Shown here: positions 21,350 through 33,087 of the stretch, in pieces
Position numbering within the stretch: position 1 is the first letter of the stretch
How the letters are laid out: each line of letters opens with the position of its first letter
Assembly (NCBI GenBank): GCA_964592195.1
Contig: CAZQEI010000005.1
Span: 5,689 to 69,688, forward strand
Source of the DNA: an uncultured Gammaproteobacteria bacterium
GTDB lineage: Bacteria > Patescibacteriota > Patescibacteriia > UBA11705
Direction of reading: 5' to 3'
DNA: 64,000 nucleotides
Position numbers and translations under genes: made by a program
Notes under the pieces: generated by a model
Databases searched by the model: none
Told to the model about the DNA's origin: nothing
Seen by the model: only the letters and a program-made list of their open reading frames with translations

Positions 21350-22165
21350 CTAAACATCTATGTATTCTTTGGGCAAGCCTCTTAAAAACTCCACTGAATA
21401 CACTGGCCCATCTTTACAAACATAACAAGAACCCAGCGCGCAATGTTGACACACACCAACACCGCAATGCATTCTTCTTTCCAGTGACAAATAAATATCT
21501 TTGGGTAAAATGCCTTTTTCTTCCAAAACTTTAACAACAAACTTATACATCGGTTCTGGACCGCAAACATAGACATCAGCGTCTTTTAACAATTCAGTGG
21601 TTTTAATTAAATCAGTCACAAAGCCTTTTTGAGTTGACCAATTAGGAAATTCAGTTTCTTCCAAAATTACATGCATACTAATTTTACTTTTCCAACTTTC
21701 AAGTTCTCTTTCAAAAACAACCGAATCATGATTTCTGCATCCCATAAAAGCTTGAACTTTTATATCTGTTCTTAACATGTTTTCCACCAACACTGAACGT
21801 AACGGAATAAAGCCGCAACCACCGCCAACGATAATTAAGTTGCGTTTAACCTCGGGAAAACCGTTACCAAATGGACCGCGAATATATAAATAATCACCAA
21901 CTTCTAATTCGTTAATCTTCTCAGTTAACTCACCTGCCGTGCGAATACTGACATCAAAATATTCTCGACTGTCATGCCGATTGGAGGCCAAAGTAAAAGG
22001 AGCATCACCAAATCCGGGTAATCCGATCATTAGAAATTGCCCGGCGGCAAACTGAAATTCTTTTTGAACTTTTGTTTCAAATTGCAATCGAAAAGTATTG
22101 ATCAAACTATTTTCCTTAATCTTCTGTATGATTTTCGCCCGGATGGGCAAGAGTGGATTTTTCAT
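21350..22165 (-). CDS. Hydrogenase gamma subunit (FAD/NAD-binding, 2Fe-2S)
   Basis: GQFLM, IRGPFGNGF, GGGCG, VCGPEPM, MHCGVGVCQHC...CKDGPV. Confidence 0.92.
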   Translation of the reverse strand: MKNPLLPIRAKIIQKIKENSLINTFRLQFETKVQKEFQFAAGQFLMIGLPGFGDAPFTLASNRHDSREYFDVSIRTAGELTEKINELEVGDYLYIRGPFGNGFPEVKRNLIIVGGGCGFIPLRSVLVENMLRTDIKVQAFMGCRNHDSVVFERELESWKSKISMHVILEETEFPNWSTQKGFVTDLIKTTELLKDADVYVCGPEPMYKFVVKVLEEKGILPKDIYLSLERRMHCGVGVCQHCALGSCYVCKDGPVYSVEFLRGLPKEYIDV

Positions 22166-23144
22166 CTTGTTTATTTAATGAGGTTAAGACTTGAGCTATG
22201 TTAATTCCCGCCGGACAAACTTTAAAACATCGCATACAGCTGACACAGCCGGCATAGGAAAATTGATCAGGAATACGAACGAATTTATGAAAATACCAAA
22301 AAGCAATTTTCTTTTTCACAGTATCTAAATATTCATGGCCTCCGGCAAGACCGGAAAAATCGTTAAAAAAACAAGAAGACCACTGCCGCACTCGGTTAAT
22401 GGTATCATGTTCAAATTCGTCAACCGTATCAAAACAAAAACAAGTAGGACAAGTCACGGTGCAACGACCGCAGGCAATACACTTGGCGCTGATTTCATCC
22501 CAAATAGCTTTTTGCGCACCATTGTAAACTCGAGAACGAAGATCATCCAGCTTTTTTGAACGGCCAAACTCTGGCACAAAACCAACAAACTCAATATTTT
22601 CATAATCAGTAATATCGTTTTTTTCCAATAATCTTTGTCCATTTTCAGACCCCGAAAAAACAATTAAGTTACCATTTTTTTGGGCTTCAATAAAAACATC
22701 GAAAGCTCGATGTTCTAATATATTTTCCTCAAAATCATGATGAAAAATTTGATAACGTTTATAATCATCTTCAATTCCTTGACTGAAGCCGACAATGTGC
22801 AAGTTTCTTCGTCTTAATAAATAGTATTCATCCTTCGCAAACACCTGTTCAAACAAACCAAAAGCTTCCAAATCCAAGATGTTCATGCCAAAGATAACAG
22901 TCGGTGGAAACTCTTTAGATTCATCAACAAACTGTTCTTTTTTTAATGTGGCTAATACTTCACGGTCAGGTAAAAAAATTGATTTATAAGTATTGGTCGG
23001 AATTTGTCCAGACCAATCAACTTCTTTTGGATCGGTGATTTTTTTAACCACCACATGGTCGTCAACTTTCACCGGTGCGTAAACAATGTATTGAGATAAT
23101 AATTTTGCCAAAAAAAGATTGATTTGCGCTTTTTGCATATACAC
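22116..23144 (-). CDS. Hydrogenase beta subunit (4Fe-4S, AsrA-like)
   Basis: CIACGRCTVTCPTCFC and CVSCMRCFKVCP. Confidence 0.9.
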   Translation of the reverse strand: MYMQKAQINLFLAKLLSQYIVYAPVKVDDHVVVKKITDPKEVDWSGQIPTNTYKSIFLPDREVLATLKKEQFVDESKEFPPTVIFGMNILDLEAFGLFEQVFAKDEYYLLRRRNLHIVGFSQGIEDDYKRYQIFHHDFEENILEHRAFDVFIEAQKNGNLIVFSGSENGQRLLEKNDITDYENIEFVGFVPEFGRSKKLDDLRSRVYNGAQKAIWDEISAKCIACGRCTVTCPTCFCFDTVDEFEHDTINRVRQWSSCFFNDFSGLAGGHEYLDTVKKKIAFWYFHKFVRIPDQFSYAGCVSCMRCFKVCPAGINIAQVLTSLNKQDEKSTLAHPGENHTED

Positions 23145-23185
23145 TTATTATACAAAATTTTACCAACTGTGTAAAACAAAAATGC

Positions 23186-23308
23186 CTACGAATGACGTAT
23201 TTGCTACGCCTGCCCCGCTGTGCGGGGAAACTACATATACATATAGTGAATAACTAAAAGTTCTCAATATCCTAATTCGTAGATACGTAGCTGATTCGTT
23301 ATTGGTAG
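23186..23308. repeat. Dispersed CTAC...GTAG-ended element of about 100-135 bp
   Basis: Shared ends ctacgaatgac.tatttgctacg and cgtagctgattcgttattggtag; copies at 33100-33195, 44969-45087, 52426-52560 and degenerate at about 62030-62088. Confidence 0.8.
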
Positions 23309-23328
23309 GAGCCATATATCTTAATTAA

Positions 23329-23358
23329 CAAAAAACAAACCGCCTGCGCGATCTGTCT
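23329..23358 (-). terminator. Intrinsic terminator of the small basic ORF
   Basis: Minus strand agacagatcgc-gcag-gcggtttgtt followed by a T run. Confidence 0.65.
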
Positions 23359-23371
23359 TAAAGAATGTAAT

Positions 23372-23497
23372 TTATCTAGCCTTACTAGCTTTTTGAGCTT
23401 GTTTTCTAGCGTTTTTCTTGATAGTTCGAGATTTCTTGTCGAACTTTACCGGGTTATGGAACTTACTTGGTCGATCTGTTGGTCTTACTTTTTTCAT
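23372..23497 (-). CDS. 41-aa highly basic small protein (below the ORF-track cutoff)
   Basis: MKKVRPTDRPSKFHNPVKFDKKSRTIKKNARKQAQKASKAR*, with its own promoter and terminator. Confidence 0.65.
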   Translation of the reverse strand: MKKVRPTDRPSKFHNPVKFDKKSRTIKKNARKQAQKASKAR

Positions 23498-23522
23498 AAA
23501 ATAGTGTTGATTATTTTTTATA

Positions 23523-23551
23523 TAATAGCACAAACATTAAAATATTTCAAG
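23523..23551 (-). promoter_or_regulatory. sigma70-type promoter for the small basic ORF
   Basis: Minus strand TTGAAA-17 nt-TATTAT with extended -10 TG. Confidence 0.6.
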
Positions 23552-23570
23552 TTTTCGCCATTAATATACC

Positions 23571-24221
23571 TTATACATAATTTTCCGCTCCACAGTGAGG
23601 ACAATTAACTATTTTGTTAATAGTTGAAAATCTTACCCGATTCCATGGAACATCACTCTGGTACTTATATTGAAAGTCCTTTCCACAACCAAAACATTTT
23701 GTTGTTTTAATACTTCTATTAAGGCCATATACATTATATATCCCCTGATCAATATCAATTGCCTCTGGTATCGTATACTCACTCAGAGAAACTTTTTTAT
23801 TATTTAAATCTTCAAGAATTTTTTCTAATTTTGCCCGCTCTACTGCATTTTTAGCGTCAACACCAGAAAGCTTATCGGTATATCCTTTAATTAATTCGTT
23901 AAGATCTTTTTCATAAAGTTTAGCTTTCTCATCTCTCTCTTTATAAATACTTTCCATTGCCTTTTTTGCCTTTATAATATCTTCTTCTTGCCTATCAAAA
24001 AAATCATCAACTCGCTTTTTTTGATCAGAACTATTCTTCCACAAATAAACAGAAACAACTATCGCAATAACTGCAATTAAAATAGTTAAAAAACCAATCA
24101 TCAAACCATAGGGATTTGTCCACAAACTAAGCTGTTGATTTGTTTTTTCAACGATAGATGCATAGTTATTCAACATAGCATCGTATTCAGTTGGAACACT
24201 TTGTAATACTGTTTCTTCCAT
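23571..24221 (-). CDS. Membrane-anchored coiled-coil protein with C-terminal zinc ribbon
   Basis: Likely start MEETV; one TM helix, charged helical region, CFGC...CPHC. Confidence 0.7.
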   Translation of the reverse strand: MEETVLQSVPTEYDAMLNNYASIVEKTNQQLSLWTNPYGLMIGFLTILIAVIAIVVSVYLWKNSSDQKKRVDDFFDRQEEDIIKAKKAMESIYKERDEKAKLYEKDLNELIKGYTDKLSGVDAKNAVERAKLEKILEDLNNKKVSLSEYTIPEAIDIDQGIYNVYGLNRSIKTTKCFGCGKDFQYKYQSDVPWNRVRFSTINKIVNCPHCGAENYV

Positions 24222-24254
24222 ATTTTCTGAGTAAATATGTAATACTAAGATATT

Positions 24255-24273
24255 TGGAGCGGATAAGGGGAAT
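24255..24273 (-). repeat. 19-bp duplicate of a tRNA 3' end (att-like)
   Basis: tggagcggataaggggaat is identical to 24400-24418. Confidence 0.8.
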
Positions 24274-24399
24274 CTCACGTCGTCACGAATTATTCGTGAC
24301 TCCCGTAGGGGTTTCCACCCCTACGTTACCCCCAGAATATAGGGGGCATACCCCCTATCACCCCCGGTTCGATTCCAAAGCAGTCATATTTAATTATTC

Positions 24400-24470
24400 T
24401 GGAGCGGATAAGGGGAATTGAACCCCTCTCTCAACCTTGGGAAGCCTGCCTGCCGGCAGGCAGGGTCGCA
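24400..24470 (-). pseudogene. 3' half of a second tRNA-Gly(CCC), interrupted by the 20-bp palindrome
   Basis: Removing 24445-24464 restores the anticodon arm cgacc-ttCCCaa-ggttg; T arm agggg-ttcaatt-cccct and CCA end present; no 5' acceptor strand or D arm. Confidence 0.75.
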
Positions 24471-24512
24471 TAAAATAAATTACATTACATTATTCTAATC
24501 GTACTAAATATC

Positions 24513-24586
24513 TGGAGCGGGGTACGAGAATCGGACTCGCGTCTCTTGCTTGGGAAGCAAGCATACTACCACTGTACTAACCCCGC
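24513..24586 (-). tRNA. tRNA-Gly (anticodon CCC)
   Basis: gcggggttagtacagtggtagtatgcttgcttcccaagcaagagacgcgagtccgattctcgtaccccgctcca forms a complete cloverleaf with encoded CCA. Confidence 0.93.
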
Positions 24587-24695
24587 CTAGTCATTGATCA
24601 TTAGACAAAAAGCAACTGAATTATACCTGATTTAAACCAAAATTGGAAGAGTCACTAAAAATAAAAATCAACCCATTTAGGTTGATTAATTTAAT

Positions 24696-25763
24696 TTATT
24701 CTTTGACAAAATGCATCTTTCTCGTGTCCATATCAACGACCACAGCCATGGGATTCATCAGTTTGGCAAATTCAGGGTACTTATCTTGAATTTTTTCCAC
24801 AGCGAATCTTTGCATAAACAATGCCTTTTCTCGTGCCAACAATGGTTCCACTCCAACAGCATCACGATAAATGGCTGAGCACAAAAGAACAAAATTCTCA
24901 TGAGTAACACGACTGCCTTCCATATTACTTTTAATAATACCAGCCGCTTTTTCAATCGGCTCATCCAGATTTGGACTGAACGGTCCGATGATCAAAGCCA
25001 TGTTCGGCTCATGCAACCAGTCAAAGCCACGACCAACACCAATCACCCATTCTCGATGTTCAGTATCACTCAACGGTCGATTACTCAGTTGCACTTCTTC
25101 AATGTGAGCAATATTACCAACAATCAAAGGCAAGAAATCTTCCAAAATTCTCGACGGCATGTCCGGATACAAACGCTTCAACATCATCCGCAAAGCTTTT
25201 TCGGATTTATCTTCAATTTGAGAAACATCGACAACTTCACCATTTTCACCATTCAAAATTACCGCGTCCAAATCAGTTTCAAAACCAAAGAGCACAGGAT
25301 AGACCACTTGATGTTGACTGCCGAAAACCCGTTCCACTTGTTGCTTCAACTTCCGCGTTTCCGACAATGCCAATTCATAATTATAACCATAACCAGCACA
25401 ACCACGATGAGTATTTCCACGCGAATAGTGATAAGTAACCAAAATCAAACATTTCTTTCCGTTGCTAACCGAATACTTCACCCAATTCATGACATCCAAA
25501 CCAAAGTGCGGCCAACCCATATCAAACTGTCCACCAATGTTGCGCCAAGGTTGAATGATTCCAAGTGGCGTGTTTGTGGCCACGGGAATATGGATTCTGC
25601 CATCCATACATTTAAAAGCCGCGATTTCTGTCGGATGTTTCGCGCGATACAATTCACGTGCCAATCTCGCATCTGGACTGGAAAATTGATCTGAGTGCTT
25701 TTTGTTCAACCTCATCAAATAACGAATCTGTTGTCGACTATTCACGTATCCTCCTTGTCCCAT
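24696..25763 (-). CDS. CsoSCA-like beta carbonic anhydrase (copy 2)
   Basis: CMDGR (CxDxR) and HRGC (HxxC) zinc ligands with the YHYSRG..HRGCAG context. Confidence 0.8.
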   Translation of the reverse strand: MGQGGYVNSRQQIRYLMRLNKKHSDQFSSPDARLARELYRAKHPTEIAAFKCMDGRIHIPVATNTPLGIIQPWRNIGGQFDMGWPHFGLDVMNWVKYSVSNGKKCLILVTYHYSRGNTHRGCAGYGYNYELALSETRKLKQQVERVFGSQHQVVYPVLFGFETDLDAVILNGENGEVVDVSQIEDKSEKALRMMLKRLYPDMPSRILEDFLPLIVGNIAHIEEVQLSNRPLSDTEHREWVIGVGRGFDWLHEPNMALIIGPFSPNLDEPIEKAAGIIKSNMEGSRVTHENFVLLCSAIYRDAVGVEPLLAREKALFMQRFAVEKIQDKYPEFAKLMNPMAVVVDMDTRKMHFVKE

Positions 25764-25879
25764 TTTAGGGACTTTTGGTTGTCAAAGTAGATGTATATAT
25801 TAACAAATATTATGGTTTTGTCAATCAAGCAAAAACCCCACTTTCGTGGGATTTTCGTGTATAGTTTCATCTTTTGAGA

Positions 25880-26968
25880 TTACTCAGTCACAACCGTCAT
25901 TTTACGCGTCACCATATCAACTGTGACCGCCATCGGATTCATTAAATCAACCAATTCTGGGAATTTAACTTTAATAGTTTCAATCGCAAACCGTTTCATA
26001 AATAAAGCTTTTTCCTTCGCCATCAACGGTTCTGAACCGGCGGCATCGCGATAAATTGCAGAACACAACAATGTAAACGATTGATTACCGGTACGACCAG
26101 CTTCCATGTTACTCTTAATAATACCGGCCGCTTTTTCAATTGGCTCAGCCAAGTTCGGACTAAACGGTCCAATAATTAAAGCTGTATTTGGTTCATGTAA
26201 CCAGTCAAAGCCACGACCAACACCAATCATCCATTCTCTATGTTCCGTATCACTCAACGGTCTATTGCTCATTTTTACTTCTTCAATATGCGCAACATTA
26301 CCAACTATTAAAGGTAAAAAATCAGCTAAAATTCTCAATGACATATCTGGGAATAATCGTCGTAACATGCTACGCAAACCTTCCTCAGTTTTATCTTGAA
26401 CTTCTGACAAATCCACCACTTCTCCATTTTCACCATGTAAAATCACCGCATCCAAGTCAGTTTCAAACCCAAATAATATAGGGTAAACAATTTGATGACT
26501 GGAACCATAAACACGTTCAATCTGTTGTTTCAATTTCTTTGTTTCACTCAAGGCTAACTGAGTATCATAGCAATAACCGGCGCAACCTCGGTGTTCGTGA
26601 CCACGAGAATAATGGTAGGTCGCCAAGATTAAACAATCACGACCATTACTAACGGAATATTTAACCCAGTTATTCACATCCATACCAAAATGAGGCCATC
26701 CCATATCAAACTTGCCACCCAAATTTCTCCAAGGTTGAATAATTCCCAATGGAGTATTTGTCGCAATCGGAATATGAATACGACCATCCATACATTTGAA
26801 CGCCGCAATTTCTGTCGGATGTTGGGCGCGATATTTTTCCCGAGCCAAACGAGCACCAGGACTAGAAAAAATATCTGAATGTTCTTTATTTTTTTTCAAT
26901 AAATATTCAATCTGCTCATCTCGAGTGATTGGATCATTATTTTGATTATTATTTAAATCACTTGTCAT
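25880..26968 (-). CDS. CsoSCA-like beta carbonic anhydrase (copy 1)
   Basis: Same motifs; close tandem paralog of 24696-25763. Confidence 0.8.
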   Translation of the reverse strand: MTSDLNNNQNNDPITRDEQIEYLLKKNKEHSDIFSSPGARLAREKYRAQHPTEIAAFKCMDGRIHIPIATNTPLGIIQPWRNLGGKFDMGWPHFGMDVNNWVKYSVSNGRDCLILATYHYSRGHEHRGCAGYCYDTQLALSETKKLKQQIERVYGSSHQIVYPILFGFETDLDAVILHGENGEVVDLSEVQDKTEEGLRSMLRRLFPDMSLRILADFLPLIVGNVAHIEEVKMSNRPLSDTEHREWMIGVGRGFDWLHEPNTALIIGPFSPNLAEPIEKAAGIIKSNMEAGRTGNQSFTLLCSAIYRDAAGSEPLMAKEKALFMKRFAIETIKVKFPELVDLMNPMAVTVDMVTRKMTVVTE

Positions 26969-27154
26969 ACGTTTTAGTGTATAAGTTAGTCAGTGAGTAA
27001 GTTCGTCAGTTTTTAAAACTTAATTACTTACACACTTATAAACTTACAAACTTATAAACTATATTATTAACTATTTAATTCATAAGTTCGTAAGTAAATA
27101 AGTATAAGCATCATCACTGACAAACTTAAAAACTTATGAACTTACAAGCTTGCT

Positions 27155-27592
27155 CTAATTATTCTCAATACTTCTCCCCGCTCCCTTTGTTAAATGTTTC
27201 TTACCAACTTTTAACCGTGCCAATTCTTTTTCCATCATAGCAGACAAGGCTGCAAATTCCTTGGCATCAAAGCGTTTAGTGTTTAAAGCTTCTTCCGCGC
27301 GTTTTCTGGCAGCCTCGGCACGTTCGACATCCAATTCTTCCGCGCGTTCTGCAGTATCGGCTAAGCAAACCACTTTATCGGGCAAAACCTCAATGAAACC
27401 ACCGGAAACCGCCAAAGAAATTTCTTCACCGTCTTTTTTAATTAAAACTTCACCCGGTTTAAGAACCGAAATCAATGGAATGTGATTGGGAAGAATGGTA
27501 ATCTCACCTTGCATAGTTGGCAAAGTGATCTGATCCACTTCTTCTTTGTAAACCACACGCTCGGGAGTGGCTATTTTAAAATTTATCTTCAT
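27155..27592 (-). CDS. atpC: ATP synthase F1 epsilon
   Basis: IATPER, GEITILPNHIPL, AVSGGFIEV, LADTAERAEE. Confidence 0.96.
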   Translation of the reverse strand: MKINFKIATPERVVYKEEVDQITLPTMQGEITILPNHIPLISVLKPGEVLIKKDGEEISLAVSGGFIEVLPDKVVCLADTAERAEELDVERAEAARKRAEEALNTKRFDAKEFAALSAMMEKELARLKVGKKHLTKGAGRSIENN

Positions 27593-27698
27593 ATTCGTAA
27601 TTCGTTATACGATAAACGTGAAACGATATGTAACTGGTAACCCGTAACCTGTAATCCGTAATATCGGTAATATCTGTAACACATCAGTATATCCGTAA

Positions 27699-29081
<1,383 letters not shown>

Positions 29082-29226
29082 TCAATTATTTAAATTTTTT
29101 CGTTATTAATAATTATTCCATTGTGGTTATCCCTGCCTGCCGGCAGGCAGGCGTAGTATCAGTAGCAGATCCGTAGATCCGTGGTGTCATCCGACACCAC
29201 TGGCATGTCGAATGACATGCCGTAGT

Positions 29227-30177
29227 CTATTTCTCCAGGGCCGCCTTACCAGAACTGATTTCAGCAATTTCCTGGGTAATGGCCGCTTGACGAGCTTGAT
29301 TAAAGATCAAGGTCAAACTGTTAATCATATCTCGAGCCGCATCAGTCGCATTTCTCATACTCAACATTCGGCTGCTGTGTTCAGACGCATCTGATTCCAA
29401 GACTGCTTGATACAATTGAACTTCAATTAACCGCGGTAACATCTGTTCGAGGACTATTTCCGCATCTGGTTCGAATAAGTATTCAAATTTATAATCACCT
29501 TTTTGTGAATAACGGTCTTTCTTTTCATCAATAAATTCTTTCTTCATGGTAACTTGTTCACTCTTACCAACTACGCCCAAATAACCATCTGGGTCAGCTT
29601 CTAACGGTAACAATTGTTTAACACGTGGCACTTGTTTAATACTGGAAACAAAATCTGTATAGGCCACCATGACTTTATCGTATTTCTTTTCTTTAAAACC
29701 AGAAATTAACAAATGTGCCAACGAAGTGACTTCTGCGGCTGATAAAATTAAATCTTGTTTAATAAAATCAGCAGCCACTTTTTTACCTTCACTTAACAAA
29801 ATATCTCTAGCTTTGGTTCCCATGGTTAATATTTCGGTGCTTTCAACAGAACCTTCATGTTTTTTTATGGAAGCCAAGGCTTTTTTAACTATATTATGAT
29901 TAAATGCACCGCATAAACCACGGTTGGAGCTAATCACTACCAACGCAATATTTTTACCATCGCGTTTTTGTAATAAAGGATGCAAGTTTTTATCAGTCTT
30001 TTCCGCTAAACTCAAAACTGTCACCCAAGCTAAATTAGCATAGTCCCGTGTGGCAATCACATTACTGACTGCGCGACGCATTTTTGCAGCCGCTACCATT
30101 TCCATGGCTTTGGTAATTTTTTTAGTATTACCAATGGATTTGATGCGACGTTTTAATTCACGTGTACCTCGTGACAT
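29227..30177 (-). CDS. atpG: ATP synthase F1 gamma
   Basis: KITKAMEMVAAAK, RGLCGAFN, SEHSSRM, RQAAITQEIAEI. Confidence 0.98.
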   Translation of the reverse strand: MSRGTRELKRRIKSIGNTKKITKAMEMVAAAKMRRAVSNVIATRDYANLAWVTVLSLAEKTDKNLHPLLQKRDGKNIALVVISSNRGLCGAFNHNIVKKALASIKKHEGSVESTEILTMGTKARDILLSEGKKVAADFIKQDLILSAAEVTSLAHLLISGFKEKKYDKVMVAYTDFVSSIKQVPRVKQLLPLEADPDGYLGVVGKSEQVTMKKEFIDEKKDRYSQKGDYKFEYLFEPDAEIVLEQMLPRLIEVQLYQAVLESDASEHSSRMLSMRNATDAARDMINSLTLIFNQARQAAITQEIAEISSGKAALEK

Positions 30178-30179
30178 AC

Positions 30180-31733
30180 TTATTTCACTTCTTTAGTTTC
30201 CAAAAATTCTGGATGAATAGACTTAAATTCTTCTATGGTTGATTTCAATTCTTTGACAATCTCATCGTTTAATTCTTTTTCTTTTACAATCTTAATCAAC
30301 AACTCTTTGGCTTGACCGTCAAAATATTGATGGAACAATTTTTCAAATTCATTCATTTGCTTCACATCCACATCATCGATAAATCCATTAATTACAGCAA
30401 ATAAAATTGCCACTTGGTGTTCCACCGCCATTGGCACATAAATACCTTGTTTTAGAATTTCTGTTATACGAGCACCTCGTCGTAATTGTTTTTGAGTGCC
30501 TTCATCCAAGTCAGAACCGAACTGAGCAAACGCAGCCAATTCTCGATATTGCGCCAATTCCAAACGCAACTGACCAGCCACTTTTTTCATGGCTTTCAAT
30601 TGAGCGGAAGAACCGACACGAGAAACTGACAAGCCGACGTTCACGGCTGGACGAATACCTTGATAGAATAAATCACCTTCCAAATATATTTGACCATCAG
30701 TAATGGAAATAACGTTTGTAGGAATATAAGCAGACACATCACCAGCTTGAGTTTCAATAATTGGCAAAGCAGTCAATGAACCACCGCCATTATCCTCATT
30801 CAACTTACAAGCTCTTTCCAATAAACGAGAATGTAAATAAAATACATCGCCGGGGAAAGCTTCGCGTCCCGGTGGGCGTCTTAACAATAAAGAAATTTCA
30901 CGATACGCGACCGCATGTTTAGATAAATCATCATAGATCACCAAGACATCCTTACCTTGATCCATAAAATACTCACCCATGGCGCAACCAGCGTAAGGCG
31001 CGATAAAGCTTAAGGACGCGGGATCAGAAGCACCAGCTACTAAAACTATAGTATATTCCATGGCACCAACCTCTTCCAACTTGGCAACAATCTTAGCAAT
31101 CTTAGATTCCTTTTGACTAATGGCCACGTAAATACAAATCATGTCCTGACCTTTTTGGTTAATAATAGTATCCACCGCAATGGCAGTCTTACCGGTCTGA
31201 CGATCACCAATGATCAATTCCCGTTGACCACGTCCAATTGGGATCATGGAATCAATGGCCTTGATACCGGTTTGCACTGGTTGATGCACTGATTTACGAG
31301 TAATAACACCAGGCGCCACTTTTTCCACTGGATAAAACTTTTTCGATTTAATATCACCTTTGCCATCAATCGGTTCGCCCAATGGATTAACCACACGACC
31401 AATCATTTCTTCACCAACCGGTACTTCCAAAATACGACCAGTACTGCGAACAGTATCGCCTTCTTTTACTTTTAAATAATCGCCAAGAATCATGGCACCG
31501 ACTAAATCTTCTTCTAAGTTCAAAGCTACTCCCATGACACCATTACCGAAATCCAACATTTCCGAAGCTCGACAATCGCCCAAGCCGGAAACCTTGGCAA
31601 TGCCATCACCCACTTCCAAAACACGACCGACATGATCGATGGAAATGGTTTCTTCAAAATTTTCAATTTGTTGGCGGAGGATATTCATCACACCTGATTT
31701 ATTATCCGAATGTTTTTTTGTGTCTTTTACCAT
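30180..31733 (-). CDS. atpA: ATP synthase F1 alpha
   Basis: [43 protein letters not shown]. Confidence 0.99.
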   Translation of the reverse strand: MVKDTKKHSDNKSGVMNILRQQIENFEETISIDHVGRVLEVGDGIAKVSGLGDCRASEMLDFGNGVMGVALNLEEDLVGAMILGDYLKVKEGDTVRSTGRILEVPVGEEMIGRVVNPLGEPIDGKGDIKSKKFYPVEKVAPGVITRKSVHQPVQTGIKAIDSMIPIGRGQRELIIGDRQTGKTAIAVDTIINQKGQDMICIYVAISQKESKIAKIVAKLEEVGAMEYTIVLVAGASDPASLSFIAPYAGCAMGEYFMDQGKDVLVIYDDLSKHAVAYREISLLLRRPPGREAFPGDVFYLHSRLLERACKLNEDNGGGSLTALPIIETQAGDVSAYIPTNVISITDGQIYLEGDLFYQGIRPAVNVGLSVSRVGSSAQLKAMKKVAGQLRLELAQYRELAAFAQFGSDLDEGTQKQLRRGARITEILKQGIYVPMAVEHQVAILFAVINGFIDDVDVKQMNEFEKLFHQYFDGQAKELLIKIVKEKELNDEIVKELKSTIEEFKSIHPEFLETKEVK

Positions 31734-31746
31734 ATAAAATTTTCAA

Positions 31747-32283
31747 TTATATATTAGCTATTTTATCTTTTAAGGCTTGTAATCGTCCTCGCAGACTGGC
31801 ATCAATAATCTGATCACCAACGTGTAATCGTAATCCGCCAAGCACATCATGATTAATTAAATTTTTCACAATCACTTGCTTACCTAATTTCTCTCCAAAA
31901 ATTTCAAGCAATTGCTTTTCTTGTTCCGGCTTCAAAGGCACAACTGACTCAGCGATTATTTCAACAATATTCTGAACGTGGTAATAATGTTTTCCGGCGT
32001 AATCAATCACTTCATCCAAATACCCTAAAGCTTTGTATTTTAATAAAATTAATATAAAATTATACGTTCGATGACTAATAAAATCCCCAAAAATAACTTC
32101 CAAAGCTTTACGTTTTTCTTTTAATGAAACATGAGGATCATTTAAATAATGCTTATAATCCGGTTCCAAGTTGATTTTCTCCTGAACATTTTTCAAATTA
32201 TCCAATAACTGCTCGAAAATATTCTCCTCTTGTCCGATTTGAATCAAAGCTTGGGCTAATTGTTTAATATTAATCTTTTTCAT
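31747..32283 (-). CDS. atpH: ATP synthase F1 delta
   Basis: VLGGLRLHVGDQIIDASLRGRL; operon position. Confidence 0.93.
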   Translation of the reverse strand: MKKINIKQLAQALIQIGQEENIFEQLLDNLKNVQEKINLEPDYKHYLNDPHVSLKEKRKALEVIFGDFISHRTYNFILILLKYKALGYLDEVIDYAGKHYYHVQNIVEIIAESVVPLKPEQEKQLLEIFGEKLGKQVIVKNLINHDVLGGLRLHVGDQIIDASLRGRLQALKDKIANI

Positions 32284-32285
32284 GG

Positions 32286-32795
32286 CTAGATCTTAGTCGT
32301 TTTTAATTCTTCAATCACATCGCTAATCAATTTTTCATGTTTTGTCTTATCAATGGCACCTCCAGCAATTTTGCCCGAGGCAATCAAAATCAACTCACCC
32401 AATTCATTGCGCAATTCTTTCATCATGGTTTGTTTTTCATTGAAAATTTCAACCTTGGCATCAGAAACAATTTTTTCAGTTTCTTTCTTGGCTTTTTCAA
32501 TTTTCTGACGACGAACATCCTCTGCATCTTTTTCCGCAGTAGTGATAATTTTTTGCGCTTCTTGACGGCCACGCTTCACTTCTTGCTGACGATCAACCTC
32601 AATCTTTTTCAATTTTTCGTCGAAGACTTCGGCATTTTTCAAACCTTCATCAATTCGTTGACTGCGTTCGTGCATTAATTTCATCAAAGGACGGACACCA
32701 AAAATGTATAATACAATCAATACTATTAAAAAATTTACCGCTTGTGCGACCAACAAATGCCAGTCCACGTAAAAAGTTTTCATTATTTCTTCCAT
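32286..32795 (-). CDS. atpF: ATP synthase Fo b
   Basis: QAVNFLIV TM helix, ERSQRI, coiled coil. Confidence 0.95.
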   Translation of the reverse strand: MEEIMKTFYVDWHLLVAQAVNFLIVLIVLYIFGVRPLMKLMHERSQRIDEGLKNAEVFDEKLKKIEVDRQQEVKRGRQEAQKIITTAEKDAEDVRRQKIEKAKKETEKIVSDAKVEIFNEKQTMMKELRNELGELILIASGKIAGGAIDKTKHEKLISDVIEELKTTKI

Positions 32796-32853
32796 AGGTT
32801 TTAATATAAATAATCTTTAGTCTCTCGCCAATTGCTTGGCAAGAGTAAAAAAA

Positions 32854-33087
<234 letters not shown>

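Noticed and set aside
23571-24586. Prophage or integrative element at tRNA-Gly
   Set aside because: No integrase or phage genes; the direct repeats enclose only about 125 bp
24900-25694. 264-aa plus-strand ORF and other antisense ORFs (for example 33403-33951 and 6260-6700)
   Set aside because: Shadows of well-supported minus-strand genes
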